From Eledone cirrhosa (Eukaryota), in assembly GCA_964016885.1 (NCBI GenBank), contig OZ024742.1:362266001-362330000 (forward strand): a stretch of 64,000 nucleotides of DNA. The letters are read 5' to 3'. Under the pieces are notes generated by a model. That model was not told the origin of the DNA, did no database searches, and worked only from the letters and a program-made list of their open reading frames with translations. Shown here piece after piece: positions 52,790 through 64,000 of this stretch. The stretch's first letter is position 1. Every line of letters starts with the position of its first letter. The position numbers were made by a program, and so were the translations under genes.

Positions 52790-54109
52790 AACATATCTAT
52801 CCCTCATCTACTACCGCCTGACCGTAGTGCCCTGCCCAAGGGAAACCCTCACCAAGATGGAGCGCGCGCTCTTCCAATTCCTTTGGAAGAGGCGGGCTCC
52901 TATGGTGAGGAGATCCATCTGCTGTCAACATCCTTCGAAAGGAGGGCTGGGGATGCCGTGGCTAATGATGCGTAAACACGCATTAAGGCTACGGCACCTC
53001 TACGTATTCCTCACCGGACAACCGGTGTGGGCCTCGTTTGTGAGACGAACCTTTCCCAGACTCGTCTCACTCACCGAGCTGCAATCCTGGGTCAAGCAAA
53101 GACCGAGAAAACTGGGCGCCTGGCACACTGAGTGTGCCCAGGCGCTCACCGCCCTCTGACAGGCGGATCCGGTTATCAGTGGAGACTCCACCGCAACATT
53201 CTATAGAGGGCTGGTACGCAGCAGGTGCGACGACGCCCTCGGAGAAGCCCTAGACATGGAGGAGGACGAACTGGCCAGCCTGTTCGGTAGGACATTCAGC
53301 CCGGGACCTATGGACAACTTCCAGAAGTCCCTGGCCTGGCAGTGCTACCGAGGGGCTTTACCCGTTCGAGAAAGGCTCTACAGACACGGGCGCCCGGGTA
53401 GGGACCCCGCCAAAAAGATCTGTCCCAGATGCGTGTGCGACGAGGAAACCGTTGCACACGCATTGGTACACTGCTCGGGCGTAGCCGATCTGTGGGGCTA
53501 TGTCGAACAACTGCTGTCAAGGGTGGGACCGATCCGGTTGACCACCGAGTCTATTGTAATGATCAAGCCGCCTCCCCCCTTCAAAGATGAAGCAGAGGCG
53601 GTGTTTCTGTGCGTAATAGCCATAGCGAAAGAGGTTGTATGGTGGACGCGTCTGAAAGGACTGAGGTCAGGCACCTTTCTCTCTGGCCAACAACTGGTCC
53701 GTTTCTTCCGATATCATTTCGGAAGAAGGATCAGGATGGAGAGAGAGGTGCTGCACCCCAGCCGTTTCTATGAAAGATGGGTGAAAGTGGCGAGAATGGC
53801 CCGTGTGAATGGGCCTTCACTCTACATCAGACTATAGGTGAGGAAGATGAAAGACCAAGGGAGCACCCCTTCTCTGTGCTCCTGAGGAGAAGGGTTGCAC
53901 ACTTTTTTCGGGGGTGTGTGCGACCCCCCAAGGCGCCTCCTCTCTATTGAGGATTTTGTTATAAATTTTATTTTTTGTTATATCTTATTTTATTTTTATA
54001 TTTTGTTATTGCCTCCTCCTTATTGAGGACGCCTTTTTGTGTAAACTCCCCCCTTTGTACTTGTCCCACTTTTGATGCCCTAGTGGCAAATAAAAGAAAC
54101 ATATCTATC
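52790..54109 (+). mobile_element. Tx1/L1-clade LINE 3' fragment with 12-bp target-site duplication
   Basis: FQFLW..KGGLGMP, WQCYRGALPV..CPRC..ETVAHALVHC (zf-RVT knuckle), one in-frame stop at 53157-53159; AATAAA at 54089; TSD AACATATCTATC at 52790-52801 and 54098-54109. Confidence 0.88.
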
Positions 54110-54250
54110 TTCTGAGAGGAGTAAAGATGACAACGATAAATCCGGAATTCCGATAGCTGTCTGGTCAAGGAGTCATACCTGTCACGAAGTTTCAGGCTCA
54201 CTCTCTGTGCATCGTATCTTCCCAATGTGTGTATTATCTCTCTCTCTCTA

Positions 54251-54356
<106 letters not shown>

Positions 54357-54412
54357 AATATATATATATAAATATATATATATAAATATATATATATTTA
54401 TATATATATATA

Positions 54413-55595
54413 TAGGAACCAGTAAGACCCCGACAGCTGAGCTCAAGCCGTTTCGACGGCTAATTCTGGACTAAATGAAAATTTATCCTGGTATTTAAAT
54501 AGCCGATCTTCTCAAGGGGTAATTCCATATATGGTCAAAGTGATTGTCAAAAATCAGTAGTAATTCTGTGGTTGCAAATTAGTAGGGGAGATGGTGGCTA
54601 AACCTGCCAGTAGGAGAAAGAGGGGAGGGGGTGGAGTAGACCCAATCAAGCGTTGGTAGTGCCAGCTACAGCTGGGCATGAGGTCAAAGAAGATACTGGG
54701 GAGGGGGAGGGGGAGGAAGTCGGAACGGTAGGTAGAACAATGGGGGGTAGAAATATATAGGAAAGAAAAAATACTGAGAGTGAAGAAAAGCAAATAAGTG
54801 TAAAGAAAAAAGTAAAGTAAATTCTACGACCTAGGTCTCTAGCTATTGTTAGGCTAGAATAAATAAAGAAATAAATAAATAAATAAATAAAGAAAGAAAG
54901 AAAGAAGTAAAGAAAGAAATAAAGAAATAACGAAATAAGTAAAAGAACTAGGTGGGACGATATAGGCAAGGACCCTTTAAGAGGTATAAGTACGTAAATG
55001 ATACGGTGACGGGTCAACAAAAGGGGCCAAAATACTAAAGAGACTACCACTAGCCTTAGTACCCCCACCCCTCCTCTAGTCTATGATAGATTTGGCGGAC
55101 TCCGCCTTTTATAGCAGTTGGTTTAGACCCCGGATACTTGTCCCCTTTTTCCGACCGCTCCCACTATTCTCTGTGCCCTCTATATTTCTTAGTGGCACTT
55201 ATGCCTTATTTTTTCGTTTCAGTATTTCTTTCTTCGCTTTTCTTTTGGGCGGGGTGGATTCTGAATTTATCTTTCCGTATTCTACCTTTACCTCGTACGA
55301 ACTTTCATGTAGCTTGTTTTAGATCTTTTAGAGTTAGCATTAGTATATATTTTTCTCGGGACTCAGAATTATTATCTCGTACTAGTTCACTTTGCTGCAT
55401 GGGTGGTTGCTGGCATTGTGCCCGGGATGGAAACCTTTATTGTTTATTTCGTGGTAGTCTCTTTAGTATTTTGGCCCCTTTTGTTGACCCGTCACCGTAT
55501 CATTTACGTACTTATACCTCTTAAAGGGTCCTTGCCTAATCCGTCCCATCTAGTTCTTTTACTTATTTCGTTATTTCTTTATTTCTTTCTTTACT

Positions 55596-55655
<60 letters not shown>

Positions 55656-56190
55656 TATTTATTTATTGTAGCCTAACAATAGCTAGAGACCTAGGTCGTA
55701 GAATTTACTTTACTTTTTTCTTTACACTTATTTGCTTTTCTTCACTCTCAGTATTTTTTCTTTCCTATATATTTCTACCCCCCATTGTTCTACCTACCGT
55801 TCCGACTTCCTCCCCCTCCCCCTCCCCAGTATCTTCTTTGACCTCATGCCCAGCTGTAGCTGGCACTACCAACGCTTGATTGGGTCTACTCCACCCCCTC
55901 CCCTCTTTCTCCTACTGGCAGGTTTAGCCACCATCTCCCCTACTAATTTGCAACCACAGAATTACTACTGATTTTTGACAATCACTTTGACCATATATGG
56001 AATTACCCCTTGAGAAGATCGGCTATTTAAATACCAGGATAAATTTTCATTTAGTCCAGAATTAGCCGTCGAAACGGCTTGAGCTCAGCTGTCGGGGTCT
56101 TACTGGTTCCTATTACCCACTCTACTACCTCAAGTATTGAGTACTTTGGTGCGTTATGGTCCACCTGGTTCCTTACCACATTTCCTTCGT
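54413..56190. mobile_element. Fold-back element with about 640-bp arms and U3-A8 hammerhead
   Basis: Arms 54413-55050/55452-56113; 'acccc TTGAGAA gatcggcta..tagccgtc GAAA cggc ttgagctca gctg TC ggggt' (56005-56098); tail with GAGTACT at 56139; (TA)n flanks. Confidence 0.85.
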
Positions 56191-56211
56191 TATATATATA
56201 TATATATATAT

Positions 56212-56345
56212 AGGAAAAAGACAGAATCCGACGGCTGAGTTCCGGCTGTTTCAACCTGTTTCAACAGATAGATCCGAACTAAGCCAGCAGTATTAGGACG
56301 GCGGGAATCTAACTGAACTTATCAAGAGATATTGTCCATATATGG
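56212..56345 (-). mobile_element. Related pLTR with TTGATAA hammerhead core
   Basis: Minus strand 'atctc TTGATAA..GAAA cagccggaactcagccg TC ggat'; 10-bp internal duplication. Confidence 0.55.
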
Positions 56346-57277
56346 GCAGATAGTCAAAAGAAAAAAAAAACAGAAGTATTAAATCAAACAATCCTAAAAA
56401 TTTGTTGTTTTTCATGTCTGTCACGGGGAGTGGTCAATAATTTTGGGATGTCATGTACATGTTTAAATTCCTTCATAGCAGCGGGAGGGGGTGGGTGCTG
56501 AACTGGCCTGAAGGACAAAGGGGAGAGAGTAAGATGATTTTCTGACCCGTGGTTGCCAAGCCGGTCAAGGTTTAAGAGAGAAATCTTTACAACTATCTCT
56601 AATGGGGATCAGAAAGGAATTTCAGCATATGAGAATGAAGGAGAGTTGTTAGAGTGAAAGTAAACATGCCAGGTCTAACACTTAGCTACAGCAAAGCTTA
56701 TAGATATTAATACTAATTAAATTTCTAATTAATAAAATTTAGTTATCAGTTAATCTAATGCACTGGAAGGGCCCCTCAATACAGTAATTTACTAGTATTT
56801 TCTTATATGATGATACCCCCCCCCCCCATGGTTATGTGTTCGGCCGGTTCTCTGTATATTTAACAAGAGTGAAATAATTCCGGGTTAACCTAAGGAAGAA
56901 TAGAAACTGATTATAATAGTGTAGATATGCAGAGATCCGCATGAATGTAATTAGAGTGTGGCACTAATGAGGAAAAAAGAACATTTTCTATTTCTACCTA
57001 AGTATGCTTGGCGTTTCCTCTATCTTAGTTTGTAAATATGAAAGATACAGCCGAGGTCTACCCACCTGGGTTGTGAGGGGGTAAGATATGTCCTATGTAT
57101 TCTGTCCCCTTAAAGATATACGTCTTACAGTTATTTTGTATGGTGTTGATAATTGGTCATTAATGATTTCCAGTTGTTAACCTTTGCTTTATCTTTGCAT
57201 GTAACATTGTAACCGTAAAGAAACGGACGTAGAAATAAAAGATTGAATGTAAATTGTTAACCTTGGTATTTTGCCAT

Positions 57278-57334
<57 letters not shown>

Positions 57335-57409
57335 ATCTAAAACTACTTCTCATATGTTGATTTAAAACTGAACTATCCACAAGTGTTTTTTAACCTTCAT
57401 ATCATGTCT

Positions 57410-57520
57410 TCCTGTTTTATCTGATGAAAACACAAATATTATTGCATGATGATATTTTGTTTTTGAAATGCGCATAATAAAATACATGGAACTCTTTTAA
57501 CCATCTTTTGTTCTTATATA
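57410..57520 (+). mobile_element. Second copy of the 4379 family with intact hammerhead
   Basis: 'ttttat CTGATGA(57421)..GAAA tgcgca TA ataaaa'. Confidence 0.75.
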
Positions 57521-57541
57521 TTATATATATATATATATATA

Positions 57542-57808
57542 TATTGTAAAAGAATGAAGAATAATATGGTCGGCTGTACAAAAGGGTTTATTTACAGAAT
57601 TCTGTAAATAAACCCCTTTGTACAGCTGACCATGTTATTCTTCATCTATTTACAATTATTACTCCAAGAACCATCTGCCTAGGAACATTCTTAAACTGGC
57701 CACCTAAGGAAACTTCTTGTTGAATCAAACAACGCCGTACGTTAAAACTCTCCTCAACACAGAGTACTCACAACCTCTAGCTGGATTACCTTAAACGATA
57801 CTTTGTTA
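57542..57808 (+). mobile_element. Short fold-back element with long tail
   Basis: Palindrome 57542-57656 centred on gaattc; tail has 'actct cctcaacac aGAGTACT'. Confidence 0.6.
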
Positions 57809-57892
57809 CCCCCCCCCCCCCCCACACTCTCTCCCCCTCTCTCTATATATATATGTATGTATGTGTGTGTGTGTGTGTGTGTGCGTGCGTGC

Positions 57893-57924
<32 letters not shown>

Positions 57925-58379
57925 TTCTATGTCTATATTTACGTTGATTGTGTTATGTGGTATGAATTGCCGATTCGACAAATGGGATCGATACAATATT
58001 ACCAGCATCGAAACAAAAAATAAGAAATAGGATCGATATGATTGACTAAGTCCTATTAATCCAGCATGGCCGTATACTTTTCATGCATGTCTTGCTAATG
58101 CAGTATTGTGTGTTACGGGATGTTAAGAGTTGAATCTAAATTTATATATTCCTCTCAGTAATAATTAATACTCTGTAAACTGACGATCTTGAAAAAAACA
58201 TGAGACGATGTGTATTAGGAAATGTTAACATTTCTGTGTTGTGTATAATCCTATAGCGATGTAAGACAGAGAAGGCTGCTAGGAGGGAATCTATATACAT
58301 GAGTTCTGGACCTCCTTCGGTTCCAACGACGAGTGACATCGTTTTTTACTTAATGGAATTCTTTGCTCGTGAAAATATC

Positions 58380-58620
58380 TTGCTGGTGGCTGAGCATTCC
58401 ACAGACACAGTTATCTTTACTAACATTGTTCTCAGCGTGATACTGTATGATATGGCTCGTCCTTTAAATTAGAAGTATAAATCATTTTCTCCAGCTGAAG
58501 GCACTGGAACTATATGAAGAAAACTCTCTTGCTAAAGGACTCATCGCACCCTCAGATCTGGGAAATGAACTTACGGTCTTGAGACAGCCAGCCGAATATC
58601 TTAACCACTAAGCCATACAT
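58380..58620 (-). mobile_element. Decayed SINE (MetaSINE-like)
   Basis: Similar to 20525-20760; tRNA-like head 'aaccactaagcca' on the plus strand. Confidence 0.5.
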
Positions 58621-59644
58621 CTTCACTGGAAGAATCTATAAAACATTCAAGAAACCAACTTTGTCCTCGTCATGAGCTTAATTACAATTTTATAAATGCG
58701 TATAGAAGTTTGATTGTCAATGTAACTGGTCGTTCGTTGATCGTAATGTCATATCATAATGCATCTATTATCTTACAACTGAGTCTGTTTCTATTTTGAA
58801 AACATTAATATCAATATCCATAGCAGATTTTTAGAGAAAAGTTCTGAATCCCAGTATAGTATTGGAAAGCGAAAATATTTTAATGGAAATTGAAAGTATT
58901 ATAACTAAAAGCTATTGATAATTTTTATTCATAGCAACAACGTAATCTTAAACACAAATCACTCACTGCATTTATAGAAGTAAAGGAAAACATAATTGAT
59001 AAAAATAAATAAATGAAAACTAAAATACGAAAAGGAAAATGGAAATATTTTATTTTATTTTATTTTATTTTCATTCATTTATATTTTTTCCATTTTAAAA
59101 GATATTATTGTCCGAAATGTATAAAAACAAAAGCCTTTTCCATAGACCTTTCTTGTACGACATACTTTGCTGAAAATATGACAGTCCTGCTTCATGGCAA
59201 GGAAAGAAGATGGAAGTAGTTCTCAACGACAACCTTCACAACGTTAACTCTTCATATCCAATAATTATTTGGTAGAAAATATATAAAAAATAGGATTAAT
59301 TCAAATGTTTATAGTATATTTACTAGAGGAAAAATTTGCTGTCTTAGACTAATGATTTCTGGTGCAGTCATGGTGCTGTTTTGTAATAAATGTTTATAAC
59401 TTTACTAACAGTCAGAGTTGTGTGGGATTTGGTAGAATTAATTGTTAATGTCATGCAATCTTAATAATGTTTTGGATTTTTAAGAATGTCCTGCTAATTC
59501 TCGTTCATGAAATACAGAACGTTAAATGTTATCTTATAATATGCTATAAAGAATTAATAAATATATATCTAAAATGTGTTTGTTAACTGTAATGTTCATA
59601 GTATTTTTATAGCGGAGAAATAAAGGCAGCTGCACAGTTATATA

Positions 59645-60060
59645 TACGAGGGACGGCTGAAATGTTTATAGGTTGATCAAGATACTCTCATTATAAGTGT
59701 GAAGAACAAATAGACAAAAATATGCCTAATGTTTCTTCAAAGTCCCGACTGTACAGTTTCGCCGACTGGTATGCAGCCAAAGTGCAACTAAAGTGCACTC
59801 GCGGGATGAGGTTAACGGTTTTTCAAGAGACTCCTTCGATAAAAAGACAATTTCTTGAATTGACCACTACCAGTGACAACTTTTCAGGAGGGAGAATTAT
59901 CACGTGCTATAACGGTCACCAGAAGGGTAGCAAAGGTGGACGTTTATCGAGTAATAGATTTGCTAGTAGAAGCAGTCCGTTTCAGACCATTTTTTACTTA
60001 ACCATACGGAAGTTAGAACAAAATAAGATAAATAGGTATAAATACATATATATGTGGTAC
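59645..60060 (+). mobile_element. Possible mariner-type MITE or relic
   Basis: Starts TA|CGAGGGACGGCTGAAA, resembling a mariner TIR; matching right TIR not clearly seen. Confidence 0.35.
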
Positions 60061-60084
60061 CCTTCCTTTACCAGTTTTGCTCGA

Positions 60085-60275
60085 TAAAGGCCAACAATTT
60101 GAAGGGGATGGGATTAAATCGATCCAGTGCATTAATGGTACTTTATTTTATCGACCCACGTAAGGATAAGAGGGAAAACTAAACTAGATGGGATTAGAAC
60201 TCGGCACGTAAAGGGTCGTAAGTCTATGTCACAAAGCATGGGTCCGACGCTCTAACGATACTACCAATCCACCGC
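60085..60275 (-). mobile_element. tRNA-derived SINE
   Basis: 'gtactttattttatcgacccacgtaaggataagagggaaaactaaactagatgggattagaactc'. Confidence 0.7.
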
Positions 60276-60289
60276 TCGCAACAACATTG

Positions 60290-60560
60290 AAAATAATAAC
60301 AATAACAATAGCGTCAACATCAATAATAAAATAATAACATGAACAAGAGGAACAAAAAAACAACAACAATAAAAACAACAACGACATCAGCAATAACAAC
60401 AATAGCAACAACAATATAAACAACAACAGCAACAACAATAACAACAACAACAACAGCAACAACAATAAAAACAACAACAGCAAAATCAATAAAAACAACA
60501 ACAACAGAAACGACAATAACAACAACAGCAACAATAATAACAACAACAACAATAACAACA
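60290..60560. repeat. (AAC/AAT)n microsatellite
   Basis: Direct reading. Confidence 0.9.
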
Positions 60561-60754
60561 AGAGGTAAGTATTATAATATATTTACATATATGGAAGTAA
60601 TTATGAATGGAAATGGCTTTCTAACGTCATTCTCTGTAGGATGTGGAATTAATGATACAATTAGATAGACTCATATTTTATTTAGAAATAAATATAAAAT
60701 ACATGCCTGAAATCTCAAGGAGTTTATAATGGAAACGGCTGTTTGTATTGATGA

Positions 60755-60835
<81 letters not shown>

Positions 60836-60896
60836 TATATAAGTATGTGTGTTATGTATTCATATATATATATATGCATCTATACAAAGATATGGA

Positions 60897-60978
<82 letters not shown>

Positions 60979-61669
60979 CGTGTGTATATATATATGTGTG
61001 TGAGTGTGAGTGTGTGTGTGTACGTGTACATGTATATATATGCATATATATATATATATATGTGTGTGTCTGTGTGTGTACATATATATGCCTCTGTGCG
61101 AGTGGAATGTGGTACAAATTTACATTTTTTCACATTTTTAATGTCCACTGTGTTTTAAGTAGATTGGAGTGAGTGAAATTTATGTTATTCTATGTCAAAT
61201 TATGTACATACATGTGAATGTATGTATATACATGTCTATAGACATGCTTAACAAATACTTAATCAGGATAAAATATGGATCAATACCACGATATATATAT
61301 TCAGGTAGGTTTATATAAGTGTATGAAATATTTTTATGAATATTTATTTGTTTGCGAACGTATATACATACACACATACACACACACACACATCATATAT
61401 ATATATATATATATATTTATACACACATATATATATATGTGTGAATTAAGTACAATATGAAGTTGAATTTATGCAGGAAAACAAATATTTTAAAAGCATC
61501 CTTTTGTAAATGCTAATGGATATAATATGTGGATGTATATGCATATTTGTACACGTTCATATATATATATATACATACATTTCTCTATCTCAGTTATATA
61601 TATATATATATAATTAAGAGAGAGAAATGTATATATATATATGAACGTGTACAAATATGCATATACACC

Positions 61670-61798
<129 letters not shown>

Positions 61799-62269
61799 TT
61801 TACCTGTATCTTCAACGTGAACATTTATTCAGGTGTATAAACATCTAACACTAAACGCTGCCGACCAAAGGATTTAACTTTATAGCTTTAAAATTATGTA
61901 AATCTCCATTCATATTTACATATAATTTTATATAATTTGCATGACTTGCTATATTTACTGGTAAAATCATTTAGATTTATGCAGAGCCACATACACACAA
62001 TCCCTCACCATGCCATGATGTCTTACCTCACCATACAAGTGTAATAAGACAGTCGTTACATTGGCGTATATTGGACATTTTAAATCGGGTGGATTTCATC
62101 CCTCTTGATGTTTGACTACAGCAGATTTCCACCATATATATATATATTTATATATATATAAATTAGGGCGTATTCAGATTCATACTGGTTAGAACAGAAT
62201 TAATAGCAATCAAAATTGTGACCAAATCTTCAAACGCTTATTTGAGTTTGTCATACATATTGATATCAT

Positions 62270-62412
62270 CTAGGGTGTGGTAAAAATCCAGGTGGACCAG
62301 AGTACTCGATACTTGGGGTAGTAGAGTGGGCAATATGAAATGATTCAGGACCCCGACGGCTAGCTCTCGAAACGGCCGGCGCTCAGCCGTCGGGCTCCTG
62401 AATCTTTTCATA
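62270..62412 (-). mobile_element. Mini fold-back relative of the 54413 family
   Basis: Hairpin 62334-62412; left tail 'ccaggtggaccagagtactcgatacttggggtagtagagtggg' is homologous to the reverse complement of 56113-56170. Confidence 0.7.
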
Positions 62413-62510
62413 TATATATATAGAGAGAGAGAGATGAAAAACTCAAATAGGCGTCTGAAATTAGGTCACACACAATTTTGATTCCTATTACATTCTGCAG
62501 AAAGGTCAAT

Positions 62511-62581
<71 letters not shown>

Positions 62582-62603
62582 GAGAAAGAGAGAGAGAGGG
62601 GGA

Positions 62604-62673
<70 letters not shown>

Positions 62674-62852
62674 AATAAATAAATAAATATATAAGAGTTC
62701 ATTCTCCAGTCTCCTTCTCAACAAGGAAAATGAAAAAATACTTACCTCTTAATTTTAAATCTTTAATCTTTAGTTTTTAATTCTTATTAATTCTTTTTAA
62801 TTGTAATACTCAACATTTGATAAGATAAATTTTACTAATATACCGTTTCCCT

Positions 62853-63530
62853 GAGGCTCGGCCTCCGGATCTGCCAGCCACACCAATGTCGCTGCGGTTC
62901 CACCGTGGACTCTTTCGGCCTCCAGCCGCTTTCCTATCGCCACAGTGCTGGCCGCATTCCACGCCATGCTGCCCTCAACAAGGTCATTAAGCATGGCTTG
63001 GACGCTGCAGGCTTTCCCTCCCAGCTCGAGCCGGTGGGGCTGGATCGAGAGGATGGCAAAAGGCCAGATGGCATGACCATCTTCCCGTTCCGCGGTGACA
63101 AACCCCTCGTCTGGGATGCCACTTGCACCGACACTTTCTGCAGCCGCAACCTGGTGTACTCTGCGACTGACCCAGGTTCTGCTGCACGACTGGCTGGGGG
63201 GGCCAAACTCCTCAAATACCGGTCGCTCTCCGACAGGTTTGCGGTCGTACTCCTGGCAGTGGAGACTTCTGGTGTCCTCGGCCCCAGGGCTACCTCCTTA
63301 CTCACCACCATAGGCACTGAGCTGGGCAGCCGCAGGTGTGAGCCCCGCGAGTTGGAGTGGCTCTTCCAGCGCGTCGCCCTCGCCGTCCTCCGGGGAAACG
63401 CCTTCTCCATTCTGTCCGCCGGGGCTGTAGGTGGGTCCTATCGCGTACCGTTGTACTTGTTGTAGAAGAAACAGAAGGACATGATCTAATCTAATATGTT
63501 TGGCAATGGTTTTGGGTGTCACAACAATAA
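62853..63530 (+). pseudogene. CRE-like non-LTR retrotransposon 3' end (restriction-like endonuclease)
   Basis: CQPHQCRCG zinc-knuckle remnant, RHAALN, GKRPDGMT..WDATCTDT, VETSGVLGP, LFQRVALAVLRGNA; GC-rich; AATAAA near 63525. Confidence 0.85.
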
Positions 63531-63680
63531 AGGATATTTATATACATTATAAAACTCTTCTTTAAAAGAATTTTCCCTCTCATTTTTTCAATAATGTCAC
63601 TTTGAGAAAGGAAAAACAAAAGGAAAACAGACCCTAAAATATATTTTCCCTGCTATTCCAACTTCACCTTTTCTCCCCCC

Positions 63681-63751
<71 letters not shown>

Positions 63752-63892
63752 TTCCTTTGATAATTTGTAATATTTTTACATAGATCTATATGATATACAT
63801 ACCAACACACATATACATCCCAGAAACGATGGTAAAATTATGAATGTTTTAATATAAGGAACTTGTTCTTTGTTTTTATTTTATTGTTTTTA

Positions 63893-63940
<48 letters not shown>

Positions 63941-64000
63941 GAGAGAGAGAGAGAGAGAGGGAGAGGGGGGGGGCGAACGAGAAAGAGAAAGGGAGACTGT

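Noticed and set aside
54554-55971. Duplicated hydrophobic membrane-protein-like ORFs on opposite strands
   Set aside because: They arise from (TTTC)n-rich inverted arms of a non-coding fold-back element

Overview
AT-rich, microsatellite-saturated animal genomic DNA. The SINEs resemble tRNA-derived SINEs I recall from octopods, so a cephalopod is likely; this is an inference. I see no recognisable host gene, and almost all ORF-track entries are translations of (AT)n/(CA)n/(GA)n/(AGT)n. The window is a transposon graveyard: a mariner relic, several non-autonomous or deleted Helitrons, CR1, RTE, Tx1/L1 and CRE-like LINE fragments, SINEs, and three Penelope-like element (PLE) coding remnants, one an uninterrupted 543-aa RT+GIY-YIG ORF. 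The dominant feature is a 12.9-kb array (31861-44793) of about 41.6 almost identical 310-bp units. Each unit carries a type I hammerhead ribozyme (CUGAUGA...GAAA-CGCG-UA) within a highly foldable RNA. The array sits in (TA)n, has a 4.3-unit inverted block at its left end and a 31-nt unpaired 3' tail, and reads as a giant non-LTR retrozyme insertion with PLE-type geometry. Around it lie more than a dozen unrelated fold-back elements with the same design: (TA)n target, inverted arm, hammerhead and one-sided tail. Several carry a compensatory U3-A8 hammerhead core, and many share an ACTC-N10-17-GAGYRCT tail hairpin.
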